Assembly (NCBI GenBank): GCA_000004695.1 | Contig: CM000151.3 | Coordinates: forward strand, 3,552,001 to 3,616,000 | Direction of reading: 5' to 3' | DNA: 64,000 bases | From: Dictyostelium discoideum | Lineage: Eukaryota | Shown here: positions 38,840 to 56,489 of the stretch, in pieces | How positions within the stretch are numbered: position 1 is the first letter of the stretch | Layout: each line of letters opens with the position of its first letter | Translations under genes and position numbers: made by a program | Notes under the pieces: generated by a model | The model's database searches: none | Seen by the model: only the letters and a program-made list of their open reading frames with translations | What the model was told of the DNA's origin: nothing

Positions 38840-41800
38840 CCTGAGGAAATAATAAGTGAACCACAATCACAACCACAACCAATAGCAATAGCCTCATTAA
38901 TTGAGGAAAAGAAAGATGAACAATTACAACCAAAGAAATCTGAATCACAAGGTAATTTTTTTTTTTTTTTTTTTTTTAAAAAAAAAGGATACTTTAATGA
39001 TTTTGCTGAATTGATATATTAATACTTTTTTTTTTTTATTTATTTTTTTTTTTTTAAAAAAAGAGAATTTAACAACTTTATCAAATAGTGATAATATAAT
39101 TGGTAGTGAAATTGATAGTACAAATACTGATAATTCTACATTATCAAGTAGTACAAATTCATTAACTATTGAAGGTAGTGCAAGTTTGCCATTAGTTAGT
39201 GAATCATCAAACCAACAACAACAACAACAACAACAACAACAACCTTCATCATTAAAATCATCAACTGATCAATTCGTTGATGATAAATTATTGGATAGTA
39301 CAACAACGACAACAGCAGTTGAAACATCAATTCAAAGAGTAGCATCAAAAGAATGTATTTTCTCAGATATTCCTTTATCATCAGAACCATTAATGGTATC
39401 AACAAGTGTTAAAGATCCAACTTTAGCTGCATCAACAACTAGAAAGGTTATAAAGAAAAAGGTTATAAAAACAGCATTACCACAGGATCAACAATTAAAT
39501 GGAACAAATAATACAGCAACTCTATCAACTTCACCACCACAATCAATAGTATCATCATCAACAACAGCAACAACAGCAACAGCAACATCAACATCAATAG
39601 GAGCACCAACAGAAGTCAAAAGAACAGTTATTGTAAAGAAAAAAATTATTAAAAAAGCAGCGGCATTATCAACTACAACTACAACCACACCACAAATCTC
39701 ATCGCCACCAATTTCAAATCCTACACCATCACCACCTTTATATGTAGAAACCGTATCATCATCAACAACAACAACAACAACCACACCAGCAGAAGTATCA
39801 TTATCACCAAAAAAAGAAGAAACTACAATAGCACCAACACCAACACCAATACCAACATCAGCAACAACAGTTACAGCTAATAATATACAACAGGGTATTT
39901 TTAAAACATTAAATTCAGCTACATCATCATTCTTGGAGATTAAGCAATTTGCATTAAATAAAACAAATGAAATTAAATCTGATATTACACATAAAATTTT
40001 AGGTCCATCAAGTGGTGATGATATAAATTCAAGTAATAATACAAATGTAACATTAAATAATACAACAACAGCAACAGCAACAGCAACAACAGCAACAACA
40101 ATAACAGATAATTTAAATACAACAATAGTAAATGAACAACAATCACAACAACATCCAATTGAAGTTTTAGAGAAATTAACCAAACAAACCTATGAATCTT
40201 TACAACAATATAAAGAGAATAAGACAAAAACAACATCATTTGAACCAATGTTACAAATTTGGGTACAATTATTTAATTCTATCGAAGATAGTGTTATTCC
40301 AAGTGATATGATAAAAGATATAGTTACAAGTTGTTTCTGTTTTGGTATAAATTTGAAATCTACTAAAGAGTGTAGTACTGGTGGTGGTAGTGGTAGTGGT
40401 GGAAATGGTAAAAGTTTAACACATACAAATAAACTTTGTAAGTGTTGGAATGAACAATTAGCAATTGAATTCATTAAAGAGTATTATCAATTTTTAAATA
40501 CCAATAGAGTTTATTTAAATTCAAATGAACGTAAATGGGATAGATGTATAGAACAATTGGTTGAATTTGAATCATTTACAAAACAAGAATCAAAGATAAT
40601 CTCAACCATTTATCAATTCATTGATTCTTCAGATTCTTCAACTTGTTTAACATTATTGGATAGTCATTGTTCAAATGATTATGGATTATTATTTAGATTC
40701 TTAAATCAATTATTAGAATTGGATCCAATTGAATCTTCAAAATTCTTTGCAAAACATTTCCCAATTATATTACCAAGAAATATTTTAAATTTTACAAATT
40801 CTTTAATTGAAAACGATGATATTATTATTAATAAAAGTAATGATAGTGGTGGTGGTAGTAGAAGTAATAAAGAATTAGGTAATTTAATTAAATTTGAATA
40901 TTTAAATCAATTAATGAAATTAAAACCAGAATGTAAATTTAATTCACTAGAATTATTAGAACAATGGTTCCTTTCAAATTTAATGAATAATAAACCAAAT
41001 CAAAATCAATTATTTGAAGAAAGAGAAGATATGTCAACAACATCAACAAGAAAATTTATACCAAAATTAAAATCAAATTTAATTGAATGGAAATCAAAAG
41101 ATACTTTAATACAAATTATTGATAATGTAATTAATAATGAATATGGTAATGGTAATTTATTGAAATCATTGGAATCAATGTCTGCTGAAAATGGTTTTCA
41201 TATTGGCCTTTATAAAATTTATGAACATTATTTCAAAAATGTTTATTCTATGAAATCCATTTTACATAATCAAGAACAATTGAATCATTATTCAAAGAAA
41301 CTCTTGGAATTAACCATTTTCACTGATGATAAAAAAGGTTTTTCAAATTGTTTTGAAAATAGTACATCAATTGAAATTTGGTCAAATACTTTAGAAATTA
41401 TGAAACAATTAAGAATTGATCAACATGAAAATGAAGATCAATCTGGTGAATCAAGTATTACATTTGAAATTTCAGAATTATTTATATTGGATTTAATTGG
41501 TAAAGCAATTGGTCCATTGGAAACTATTGAATTGGTTTGCAAATTTTCAGAAATGTTTGAAAAGAGTAAAATTGAAACTAAATTATTATCAGATTGGATT
41601 AAATTTGGAAAATGGTCGTTGTATGATAGACCAAAGTTATCATATGATATCTTATCACTTTTGGATAGTCATTTATGGTTAAAGAAACCCTTGACCATTT
41701 CACCTCAATTCTTAACTATGATTGGTCCTGAATTGGACCCAACTTTACCAAATAATCCATTCAAAGAATTCTTTAATAAACTTGGAACTTCAAGTCATGA

Positions 41801-42046
41801 TAGTGGTGATAATATCGATTTTAAAATACCTTCATTCTTTGAAGATAATTCACGTAGACATTGGGGTGTAGAAACTGAATTATCAACTGGTTCTTGTCCA
41901 ATTTGTACCTTATCTTTAGCTGAAAATCCTGAATCTTCATTTTTAGGTTCAACACCCGCTACAATTATAGTATTCCCAAATTGTGGTCATTCATATCATC
42001 ATTGTTGTATTGAAGATCAAGGTTGTATGTTATGTTTTTCAAAGAG

Positions 42047-42050
<4 letters not shown>
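37328..42050 (+). CDS. Large (about 1536 aa) protein with an N-terminal WD40/beta-propeller-like region, a long alpha-rich middle and a C-terminal RING-H2 finger. The architecture is reminiscent of HOPS/CORVET tethering subunits (Vps8/Vps41-like); 2 exons (37328-38951, 39064-42050)
   Basis: ORF 37328..39022 and the frame containing ORF 39186..42050 join through a gtaatt donor (after ..KKSESQ) and an acceptor at about 39063. This removes a 112-nt poly-T/poly-A intron in phase. The C-terminus reads CPICTLSL...FPNCGHSYHHCCIEDQGCMLC (C3H2C3). The protein has poly-Q and T/S/A-rich low-complexity inserts. The identity with Vps8/Vps41 is an inference from domain order only. Confidence 0.6.
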
Positions 42051-42102
<52 letters not shown>

Positions 42103-42232
42103 AATATTATTAATAATTATATAAATATATATATATTTCATTTTTTTTTTTTTTTTTTTTTTAAAAAAAATTAATTTATTTGTAAATAAACAAAAATAAA
42201 TAAAATAAAAATACAAAATTATTTATTATTTA

Positions 42233-44266
42233 TTACTTTTTTAAAAATGATAGTGCTTTTTTGATAAAATTATAATTATTACTTTTTGTTGGGGGTTGAA
42301 TGTCTACAGTTACCATCTGGCCATCTTTTTCTTCATCATAGCTTGATTTTAAATTTAATAAAAAATACTGCATACTTTGGCCCATTGCCATTTCGAAACT
42401 TGAAAATTTTGAGGAGATGGATTGTGGAATTGTTATATTATTATTATTATCATTATCATTAATATTATTAATATCTAGAATGTGAATTAAGTATAAAAGT
42501 GATTTTGAATAATCACAATAAATTGAACAAATAAATTTAGCTAATAAAGTTTTATCAATGATAAAACAAAGTTTTTTAATTTTTTTAATTGTTTTAAAAT
42601 TCTCTGATTTTAAATTACAAAATATTAAATCAGTTAGTGTTTTGCTATTACAAATTTCAATTAAAATTTCTTTTCTATTAAGAAAATTTTTTAAAAATCT
42701 TTGATTGATTTTATTTCTATTAATTTCATCAATTTTTGATTCAATTTCATATGATTTTAAAATGAATTTTCTTCTTCTTTCAGAGTTGAAAGGTAATTTG
42801 ATGCTTTGAATTTTTTCGTGTAGTGATAATGTTTCTTCAAAAGTTAACAATGGTAAAACTAAATTAAAAACAAAATCATAACCTTCACTTTCATTTGATG
42901 GTAATGAAAAATCAATTAAATCTAAATATCGATTTAAAACAATTTCAGAAAGGTTTGAAATTACATAAGATACCATGTTTTCATAATTTAATTCTATTAT
43001 AGTTAATAATTTTTCAAAGTTGAATCCAAATTTAACCAGATATAATTTGAATAAATTTAAATCTCTATTCATTATTTTACATTTATAAAAAAGTACTGAT
43101 AAAAACTCTGGTTTTAATAATAATTTATCATATTCTGAAAGATTGTTTGGATCATCATCATTTATACAATTTGAAGCGAATGAAATATTTTCAAACATTC
43201 TTTCATCACTGGCATAGAAGCCATTATTTAACATCTTGTCAATTGCATAATTTCTAAACTCTATTGAGGCTATTGTAAGTCTCTTTTTTTGTTCTTTTTT
43301 GAAATAGTTATTTGAAGAGTATACTCGTTCTATTAAAATTTTATAAAATGGTAATAATTTATCATTTCCTCTAAATGAATTAATACTAATTTTTAATTGC
43401 TCTAATATTTTAATTGAAATTTGAATATCCAATATTGTAACTATATCATCTGGATGGTGATCTGTTGGATTGGTTTGTTTTTTATCATATTTAAAAAGAG
43501 AAAGTAGCGATTTTAACATTTTTAAATCTTCATTTCTTATTGCATCTTCAATAAATCTTGTAAAGGAATTTAAACGTGAAAAATATTGATTTGACCTTTT
43601 TATTCTCTTTAGATATTCGTATTTTAAATCTTCATTTTTCCCATTTGAATAATACAATGAAAATATAGTATATAGATTATTTAAATCTTTTAAAGCATCA
43701 CTATTTAAATCTTTACAATTATCAATAAAATAATTTAATAATCTTATTGAATGAACCCCTCTATATACAAAGGCAACGATATTATCAAATTTAATTAATT
43801 TTCTAAATGTTTTTTTTTCTAAAAAGTGTATGAATTTATCATCACATATTTCAAAACCACTGGGGTTAATATATAATGTTATTTCATTCCGATTTTTAAT
43901 TTCATTTTCAAATATTCTTAAATAAAGATCAAATGATTCTAAATCCAATTCTTTCCATCCTAATAAAAGTAATATTTGCCCTTCATCAAATCTAATAAAA
44001 TATTTATGTACATTTGATTGATTTTCTTTGGTGAATCCATTCTCTTTTATTTCATTTTTAAGTTTTAAAAAATCTTTTAATTTTTCTACAAATAATTGTT
44101 GATTTTTTTTTTTTATTATTAATTCTAAAGGTAAATCATAATAATTATATCTGATATATTTTAATTTCTTATTATATTCTTTAACTTTATTAAATATTTC
44201 TCTATTAATATATTGATTTCTAAAAATTTTAAAAAATAAATCATCATTATTTGAAACCATTTTCAC
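42233..44266 (-). CDS. Hypothetical 677-aa Lys/Leu/Asn-rich protein, single exon, no recognisable domain
   Basis: Uninterrupted minus-strand ORF with AT-rich flanks on both sides. Predicted to be largely alpha-helical. Confidence 0.5.
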   Translation of the reverse strand: MKMVSNNDDLFFKIFRNQYINREIFNKVKEYNKKLKYIRYNYYDLPLELIIKKKNQQLFVEKLKDFLKLKNEIKENGFTKENQSNVHKYFIRFDEGQILLLLGWKELDLESFDLYLRIFENEIKNRNEITLYINPSGFEICDDKFIHFLEKKTFRKLIKFDNIVAFVYRGVHSIRLLNYFIDNCKDLNSDALKDLNNLYTIFSLYYSNGKNEDLKYEYLKRIKRSNQYFSRLNSFTRFIEDAIRNEDLKMLKSLLSLFKYDKKQTNPTDHHPDDIVTILDIQISIKILEQLKISINSFRGNDKLLPFYKILIERVYSSNNYFKKEQKKRLTIASIEFRNYAIDKMLNNGFYASDERMFENISFASNCINDDDPNNLSEYDKLLLKPEFLSVLFYKCKIMNRDLNLFKLYLVKFGFNFEKLLTIIELNYENMVSYVISNLSEIVLNRYLDLIDFSLPSNESEGYDFVFNLVLPLLTFEETLSLHEKIQSIKLPFNSERRRKFILKSYEIESKIDEINRNKINQRFLKNFLNRKEILIEICNSKTLTDLIFCNLKSENFKTIKKIKKLCFIIDKTLLAKFICSIYCDYSKSLLYLIHILDINNINDNDNNNNITIPQSISSKFSSFEMAMGQSMQYFLLNLKSSYDEEKDGQMVTVDIQPPTKSNNYNFIKKALSFLKK

Positions 44267-45026
44267 TTTATTGAAACATTAAAAAATAATAAAAAAAAAA
44301 AAAAATTAAAAAAAAATCAAAAAAAAAAAAAAAAAAAATCTAATTTCAAAATAAATATCTAAAAAACAAATATACCAGTATTAAATATATTTTTTTTAAT
44401 TTTTTTATATTAATTAAATTGATTTTTTAAACAATAATGAAAAATATATATTTCATTAACCTTTTTTAATTTTATTTTTTTAAGTTTTTTAATTTCTAGT
44501 TTTTAATTTATAAATGATATCATCTTCTTTTCAAAATGCCATAGTAATAAAATTATTTTCAAAAATGAAAATATTAATTATTTTTTTTTTTTTTTTAAAA
44601 TTTCATTTTCATTTCATTTTCCTCCACATCACTAAACATATAATAGAATTTAAATAATGTTTTACAATAAAATAATAATAGTATTATATTTTATTTTTAA
44701 AAAAAAAAATGAAAATCCAAATAAAACCACCAATTTCAACAATCATGATTTTTTAAAAATATCTTTTTTTTATTTTTAGTTGACTGCACAAAAAAAAAAA
44801 AAAATAAATATCTGACAATTAATTTAATTCATTTCAATTTTAATTTTTTCAATAATAATCACTCTTTTGATTTTTTTTAATGCCAAAGATATTTTAAAAT
44901 AAAAAAAAAATTAAAAAAAAATCAAAAGAGTGATTATTATTGAAAACATTAAAATTGACATGACGAAAAAAAAAAAAAAAATAATGCATATTGTTTTTAT
45001 TATTGTTATTATCAGTCAAATAGAAA

Positions 45027-49879
<4,853 letters not shown>

Positions 49880-50317
49880 TCAGCTTAATAAATTGTAGTT
49901 ACTTTTTTTATAAGAAAGTGGAAAGATGATAAATTTGTTAAAATGTTTAATAGAAAATTAAAAAAACTCTATTTAAATTTCCCCCCTTTTTTTTTTTTAT
50001 TGTGCGGATTGGCCAAACCAAACACTTTTTAATATTTTTTTTTAAATTTTTCAAATCAAACACTTTTTTTTTTTATTTTTTTTTTTTATTTGTTTTTTTT
50101 TTTTATTATTTTTTTTTTTTTTATTATTTTTTCTTTTTTCACCTTTTGGTATTGATTTTTTTTTTTTTCAGACCAGAAGTTTAGGTTTTGGCGATAAAAT
50201 CCAATGAACAGTTTTTTGTTTTTAATTAGAGAAAAAAAAAAAAAAAAAAAAAAAAAAAATTAGTACAAATATTTATATTCAATCTAAAATAATAAAATAT
50301 AATACCTCTAGAAGAAA

Positions 50318-50640
50318 ATGAGCATTCATTCTTTTAGGTTTCATTATATTATTGCTATTATTACTATTATTACTACTATATTGCTATTGCTATCACTATT
50401 GTTACTATTATTACTACTATATTGCTATTGCTATTACTATTATTACTATTATTACTACTATATTGCTCTTGCTATTACTGTTATTACTATTATATTATTA
50501 CTATTACCATTACTACTATATAGCTATTGCTATAACTATTGATATTAATATTTCTATTTCTATTACTATTATATGTATAATTAATTATATTATTATTTTG
50601 GTTTTATTAATTATGTTTTTTAAATTGTTTTTATTATTAT
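50318..50640. repeat. Complex minisatellite built from TATTACTAT, TATTGCTAT and CTATTACTA-type 9-10-mers
   Basis: About 300 bp of imperfect tandem units (attgctattactattattactactatattgctattgcta...). The ORF-track peptides here (LLLL/YYYY) are repeat artefacts, not genes. Confidence 0.7.
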
Positions 50641-51340
50641 AAACTAAAAGTGGTTTTTTTATTTAAAATAAAAAATGATCATTTGATTTTAACCAAAAAT
50701 ATAGATGTGATGGTTTAATATTATAATGGCCATAGTTTTTATAAATGAACAATTGTATTTCATTTTATTTATAGTTGGTTAAAATAATGAGTGAATTTTT
50801 TTTTTTTTAACTGTAAAACATTACCCTTTTTTTGAAATAAAAAGAAAATTAAAAAAAAAAAATCAAATTATATTAAATTAAAAACAGTTGGAGATATTTT
50901 CCCCCACTTTTTTTAAAATTAAAAAAAGAAAATAAAAATAAAATAAAAAAAAAATCTTTGATCAAAAATATATTAACTCGGTTGCAATGAAATATTTTAA
51001 GTATTTAAATAGATTTTTTTTTTTTTAACTTTAATTATTTTATTCACTCATATTTTATTTATCTATTATTTTTTTTTTTTCATATTTATTTTATTTATTT
51101 ATTATTTATTTATTATTTATTAATATCATTTTCGTTTATATATTTAAACATACCTCAATTTTATAATGGACTCAACCAAACTATATTGTAATCACAAACT
51201 CAATAGCAATTGCACCAGCCAAAAAAGAAGGGGTTCTACACCATGCCAACCATGCCCAGGATATCCTAAAAAATTAAAAATTTGTTAGAGTTGTTCCTTT
51301 CATCCAAAGGTAATTTGTTTATAAAATAAACAATAAAACT

Positions 51341-51342
<2 letters not shown>

Positions 51343-51410
<68 letters not shown>
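51343..51410. repeat. (AAT/ATA)n microsatellite
   Basis: Perfect trinucleotide run. Confidence 0.9.
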
Positions 51411-51412
<2 letters not shown>

Positions 51413-51839
51413 TAAAATAAATAAATTTTTTTTTATTTTCAAAGAAATTTTAGTATAAAACATTTTTATTGTGTAGTTTTAAATTTTTAAAATTAAAAAC
51501 AAATAAATATTCATAATGATTAACTTGGAAAGTTTTTTAATATTTTATAGTGAGTTTAAACCCTTTTTTTATTTTTTTTATTTTTTTTTTTTTTTTTTTT
51601 GTTTGACTTGGGTGAATTTTTTTAGTGTACACCGTTTAGAAAGCGAAATTTCAAAAAAAATTCCCTTCAACAATTAATTTGCTAAAAACGCACAATATTA
51701 ATTTTTTTTTTTTTTTTATAAAAACTCTATTAATTATTTCCCCCTTTATTATTATTTTTTATTTACAAATGAAAAATGAAACTTTAATTACATTTATGTA
51801 AAAATAATAAAGAGTTTACTTTCACTATTTGATTTAAAG

Positions 51840-53231
51840 ATAAAATAAATTACTATTACTCTTTTCAAGTTTTAATTGGCGAAAAATTAAATTTTGATCC
51901 AAGATTTATCAAAATTTTTCTCACACATTCCGATTATAAAAGTTTTAAGTATGTTGAGTCCAATGAAAAATTTCCAGAAATAGCTCCTCAAAGTGTTTAC
52001 CCAAGTAAGTAAAAATTTTTTAAATTTTTAAAATATAAATAACCTTGTTCTAATTAAAATAAAAGTTTTAGATTTACCCTCACTTTTTCAAAGCATTCAA
52101 AAAAAAGAACATATAACTCAAGATTTAGTTAAACCCTGTTCGAGTATGTATTCATTTTTTTTTTTTTTTTTTTTTTTTTTTGGTGAAAAATAAAAAATTT
52201 CCCAACCTTTTTTTATGTATCATTAAATGATATAATGAAAGAATGTATTTTCATATCAATGGATTTCAATGGTGGAGGTGATGCTTTAGTTGCTGAAGAT
52301 TTAAATCATTCAGATGAAATTGTATTATGTAAAAGGTTATTCAAGATCAGTTTTAGGTCTTTCTTTTTCTAATTCAAAATTAAATAAATTAAATGGAAAT
52401 GAAAATAAATTATTTAATTTAAATGATACGTTACTGAATATTGTAAAAAATAGAACTGATCAAACCAAACCATTAGCAATTTTCATTCATATTGATGAAT
52501 TTCAAATGGCACACCAATATGCAAAAGGATTTGGTAGTCAATATGATAATTTCGTTAAAAAAATGATATAGGCATTAGGAACATTCAAATGTACAGGTAA
52601 TAAAATTAATAAATCAAACGCACACAATAACAATATTTTCATCATACCATTTTTAACTGGAACCAATTCCGATTCATTAGAGATCGTTTTATCAAAATGG
52701 GAGATAGAGAATATAAATATTAAACCATTATCATATGAGTCATCAAAATTAAAAATTAAAAATAATGTTAAATATTTTCCACAATTAGATAATAATTTTT
52801 TTAAAATAATGGTTATCGATCTTGGTATTGTTCCAAGATACTTGGAATATTTGATATCTGATTTAGATGATCATTTTAATTCAATAAAACAAAGAGAACA
52901 TTTTAATAGTTACGGTTCAGATGCATTGATAGATATAGAAAATGAATCGGTTTCAATTCAAATGGTATCCAAATTTGGATTTTCACTCAAAAAACGTATT
53001 CAAAGAATGAGAATTGGTGGCTTCAATGATGAAACTTTGGAAACATTATTATGTTATTGTATATGTGGTAAATCAATCCAAGAATTATCATATGGCGGTC
53101 ACATCATCACACAAAATAGTAAAGGTAATGGTAATTTTAAAATCATCCTTCCTGTTATTGACTTAAACACTATGGCAACCAAATTAAATTTATTCGAATT
53201 TCAAACTATCACACAATTTCCATTATCTTAA
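51840..53231 (+). pseudogene. Decayed multi-exon gene of unknown function in the T1-T2 spacer (frameshift plus in-frame stop)
   Basis: Exon-like segments have proper gtaagt and gtatgt donors (..FQVLIGEKLNFDPRFIKIFLTHSDYKSFKYVESNEKFPEIAPQSVYPS | ..LDLPSLFQSIQKKEHITQDLVKPCSS | ..ISMDFNGGGDALVAEDLNHSDEIVLCK..). The frame then shifts at about 52330 into the ORF 52314..52571 frame. That ORF and ORF 52809..53231 share one frame and are separated by a single TAG at 52569-52571. Confidence 0.3.
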
Positions 53232-53763
53232 AAATTAATTGGTTTCAAATTCGAGTACATTACTGCTGTTATTTTAATGCTCAAAATAAACTGTACCCAT
53301 AATGTTAAAAAAATCATGGACCACTCACTTTGATTTTTGGTAACCATATAGAAAAAGAGTTTGGCAATCAAAAAGTTTTAAACAGTGTTGTCAGATTTAA
53401 AAAAATGAAATTGGTTTATGAAATTGAAAAGTGGATTATGTTAGTAAATATTTTTTAAAAAAAAAAAAAAAAAATTTTTTTTAATAATTAATTGCAATCA
53501 ACACCAAATTTACCACCTCTGGGAAGTATTTAAGTGAGGCTGATGTTAAAGTATTCATTCAACATATAGATAATTAAAATTAAGTTTCCCAAGTTTTATT
53601 ATTATACCAATTATAATTTCAAATTAAAAAGTTAGAGAATCTCAATTTCCAGCATACAAAGAAATTTTAATTTACCACCAACTTAACATCAATTCTTTTT
53701 TTTAAATACTATTTTGCATAGAGTAGATACAAAAAAATTAAATGAAATAATCTTGTAGTCTTA

Positions 53764-53950
53764 ATTAAATATCATGGTGAATCAACCTTTACACAAACAT
53801 CAATACCTACTATAATTTATCCAAATACAATGTTAATTAATGATGTCAAACCAACTGAAAAACCATTCATTATCAAAGTACAAGAAAATTCAAAATTCTT
53901 TTCAAATGAATTATCTGTTGTGTTGTTATTGTATCAGTTTCTTTCTTATT
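53764..53950 (+). pseudogene. Orphan fragment of a T-family gene (exon 6 portion), plus-strand, in the spacer
   Basis: It translates to HGESTFTQTSIPTIIYPNTMLINDVKPTEKPFIIKVQENSKFFSNELSVV. That is near-identical to T2 residues YYGESTFTQTSIPTISYPNAMLINDVKPTDKPFIIKVQEAFFSNEFTV. There is no flanking homology. Confidence 0.4.
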
Positions 53951-54160
53951 TTTTAAAAAAAGTAATTCAAAAAAACTCTAAGACAATTAAAACAATTTAA
54001 AAATAAATAAAATCCACTAGTTAAATATATTTTTTTTAAAAATTTTATTTAAATAATTCCATAGAAAAAATTAATTATTTAAAAATCTTTATTTAAACTA
54101 CTCCTTTTAAAAAGGAATAAACTTTTAAAAAATTAATACACAGTATTTTTTATTTGTTAA

Positions 54161-56407
54161 TTATGATAGTTTTTTTAATTTTCTATTAAATGTTTTTACA
54201 AATTTATCGTCTTTCCACTTTTTTATAATAAAATAAGAAGCTGCAACAACAACGACAGCAGCAAAAGCAACGGAACCAATAATAATACCAGCGAGTTGAG
54301 AACTTGTTAGTTTTGATTTATTTGATGTACAAATTGAATTATTATCATTATTTGATACTGGTTTACTATCTACTAATACTGAAAAGTCTGGATCAATAAT
54401 TATTGATTGTTTATAATTTGGTATTGTAATACCAATGAATGATTGTGATATTGATGATGTTTGAATTGAGTTCATTTTTGAATCTAATAATTGATTTTCA
54501 ATTGAAGATACTTTTGAATCGATGATTGCTCTTTTAATGAATCTACCATAAAGTGAATGATCATCAATTTGAATTTTAAAGAAGTTTGAATTATCACCAT
54601 CGCTTGTATCTCCAAATACTTTTAATGAACAAGTATCTTTGGAAGTTGATGATTCGAATAATGCTGACATTACAAGTTGAAGACTATTTAATTGATTTAA
54701 AAATTTATATTCTGTAATTTCAATTGTATATTTAATACTTGATGGATTCATTGTTATATTATTATTTGCAAATTGAATGATTGTTGTTTGATTGAACCAT
54801 TCTAAAGTTACAGTAATATTGGTTGTTAATGTATTTGTTGATTTTGTATCACCACTTTGAATACTTGTAAAGTATTGACTTTTAATATTATTAATTGGTG
54901 TATAAATCCATTTATCAAATGTATATAAATTAACTTAATTTGAATTAAAATCTAATTCTCTTAATGATACAATTGAAATCAATGATTTGAATAAATAATT
55001 TGTACTATTTGATGTTTGATTATTGTTATCGATAATTGGTAATTCAGTTGATGGTTGTGATGTATTTGTTGATGGTTGTGGTATAATTATAACTTGTGAA
55101 TTACAATCATTACCAATCCAAGGTGGATAACAAACACATCCACTTGATGAACAATATCCTTGTTTTGATCCACCACATAATGGTTCACCTAAACATGTTT
55201 GAGGTTTATTCGTTGGTATTGGTGATGATGTAGGTGTTGACGATGACGAGTCTATTGAAGAAGATGATGATGATGGATTTGGTGTTGGGGATTCTGTTGG
55301 TAATTCTGTTGGAATTGGTGGTACAAAACGAATATCAAATACTAATGGATAAACAGTGAATTCATTTGAAAAGAAAGCTTCTTGTACTTTGATAATGAAT
55401 GGTTTATCAGTTGGTTTGACATCATTGATTAACATTGCATTTGGATAACTTATAGTTGGTATTGATGTTTGTGTAAATGTTGATTCACCATAATATTTAA
55501 TTAATACTACAAGATTTGAAGAAAAGAAACCAGCACCTATTATCCATAATTCGCCACCACTTGTTGTAATTTGAGAAACTCTATAGATATCTAACCTTTT
55601 AGCAAGTCCTGATGATACTGCTTTCATTGAAAACTTATACGGGAATAGAATTCTTAGTGAGTCGCTTGAATAACCACCATAACAACCACCATTATTAATT
55701 AATCCATAAACACTGAATGTAATTTCTGAAGTGTACAATACACCTCTTGGTAAGTAAACGTAACATTGATAGGTTGCAGAGGTGATATTCTTTGATTTAA
55801 TAATTGTTTCACATTCAAATATTTGAAATTCAATTGCTTCAACGTAAACCATTGGATATTGAAGATCTTTTAATCCACTTTCGTAATCAGTTGCTTCAAA
55901 TGAGAAATATACTTCCATATGTCCATCTGCAGGAATAGCTACTTGTGGTGTAAATAATGTTAAAATTGGTGGTGAACTATCGATACCATCATTTTCACCA
56001 CTACACTTTTTATATAATTTATTTATTGTTGAGTCTAATAAATAATTTATAAATGGGTTATTAACACCACCACCTACAAATGATTCAGATACTGAAAAGT
56101 AGCAACCAATACCTTGAGTATCATATAATTTAACTTGTGTGATAATATAATTTTGAGATGCACATTTACTTGGTAAAGTTATATTAATTTGATAATCACC
56201 ATTAAATTTATCACCTCTTGTTAAATTTTGAGTTGTTAAATGGAATTTATAAGTTGAACTATCCATTTCACCTCTAACTATAATATCAGCATAATCAAAA
56301 CCATTAATTGGATCATCTATTGTAAATTTCCAACCAAATTCATTTGTTGAATTAACCTTTTCAATATTACTAAATATTGGTCCATATCCATCGAAATCTG
56401 TAGATTC

Positions 56408-56489
<82 letters not shown>

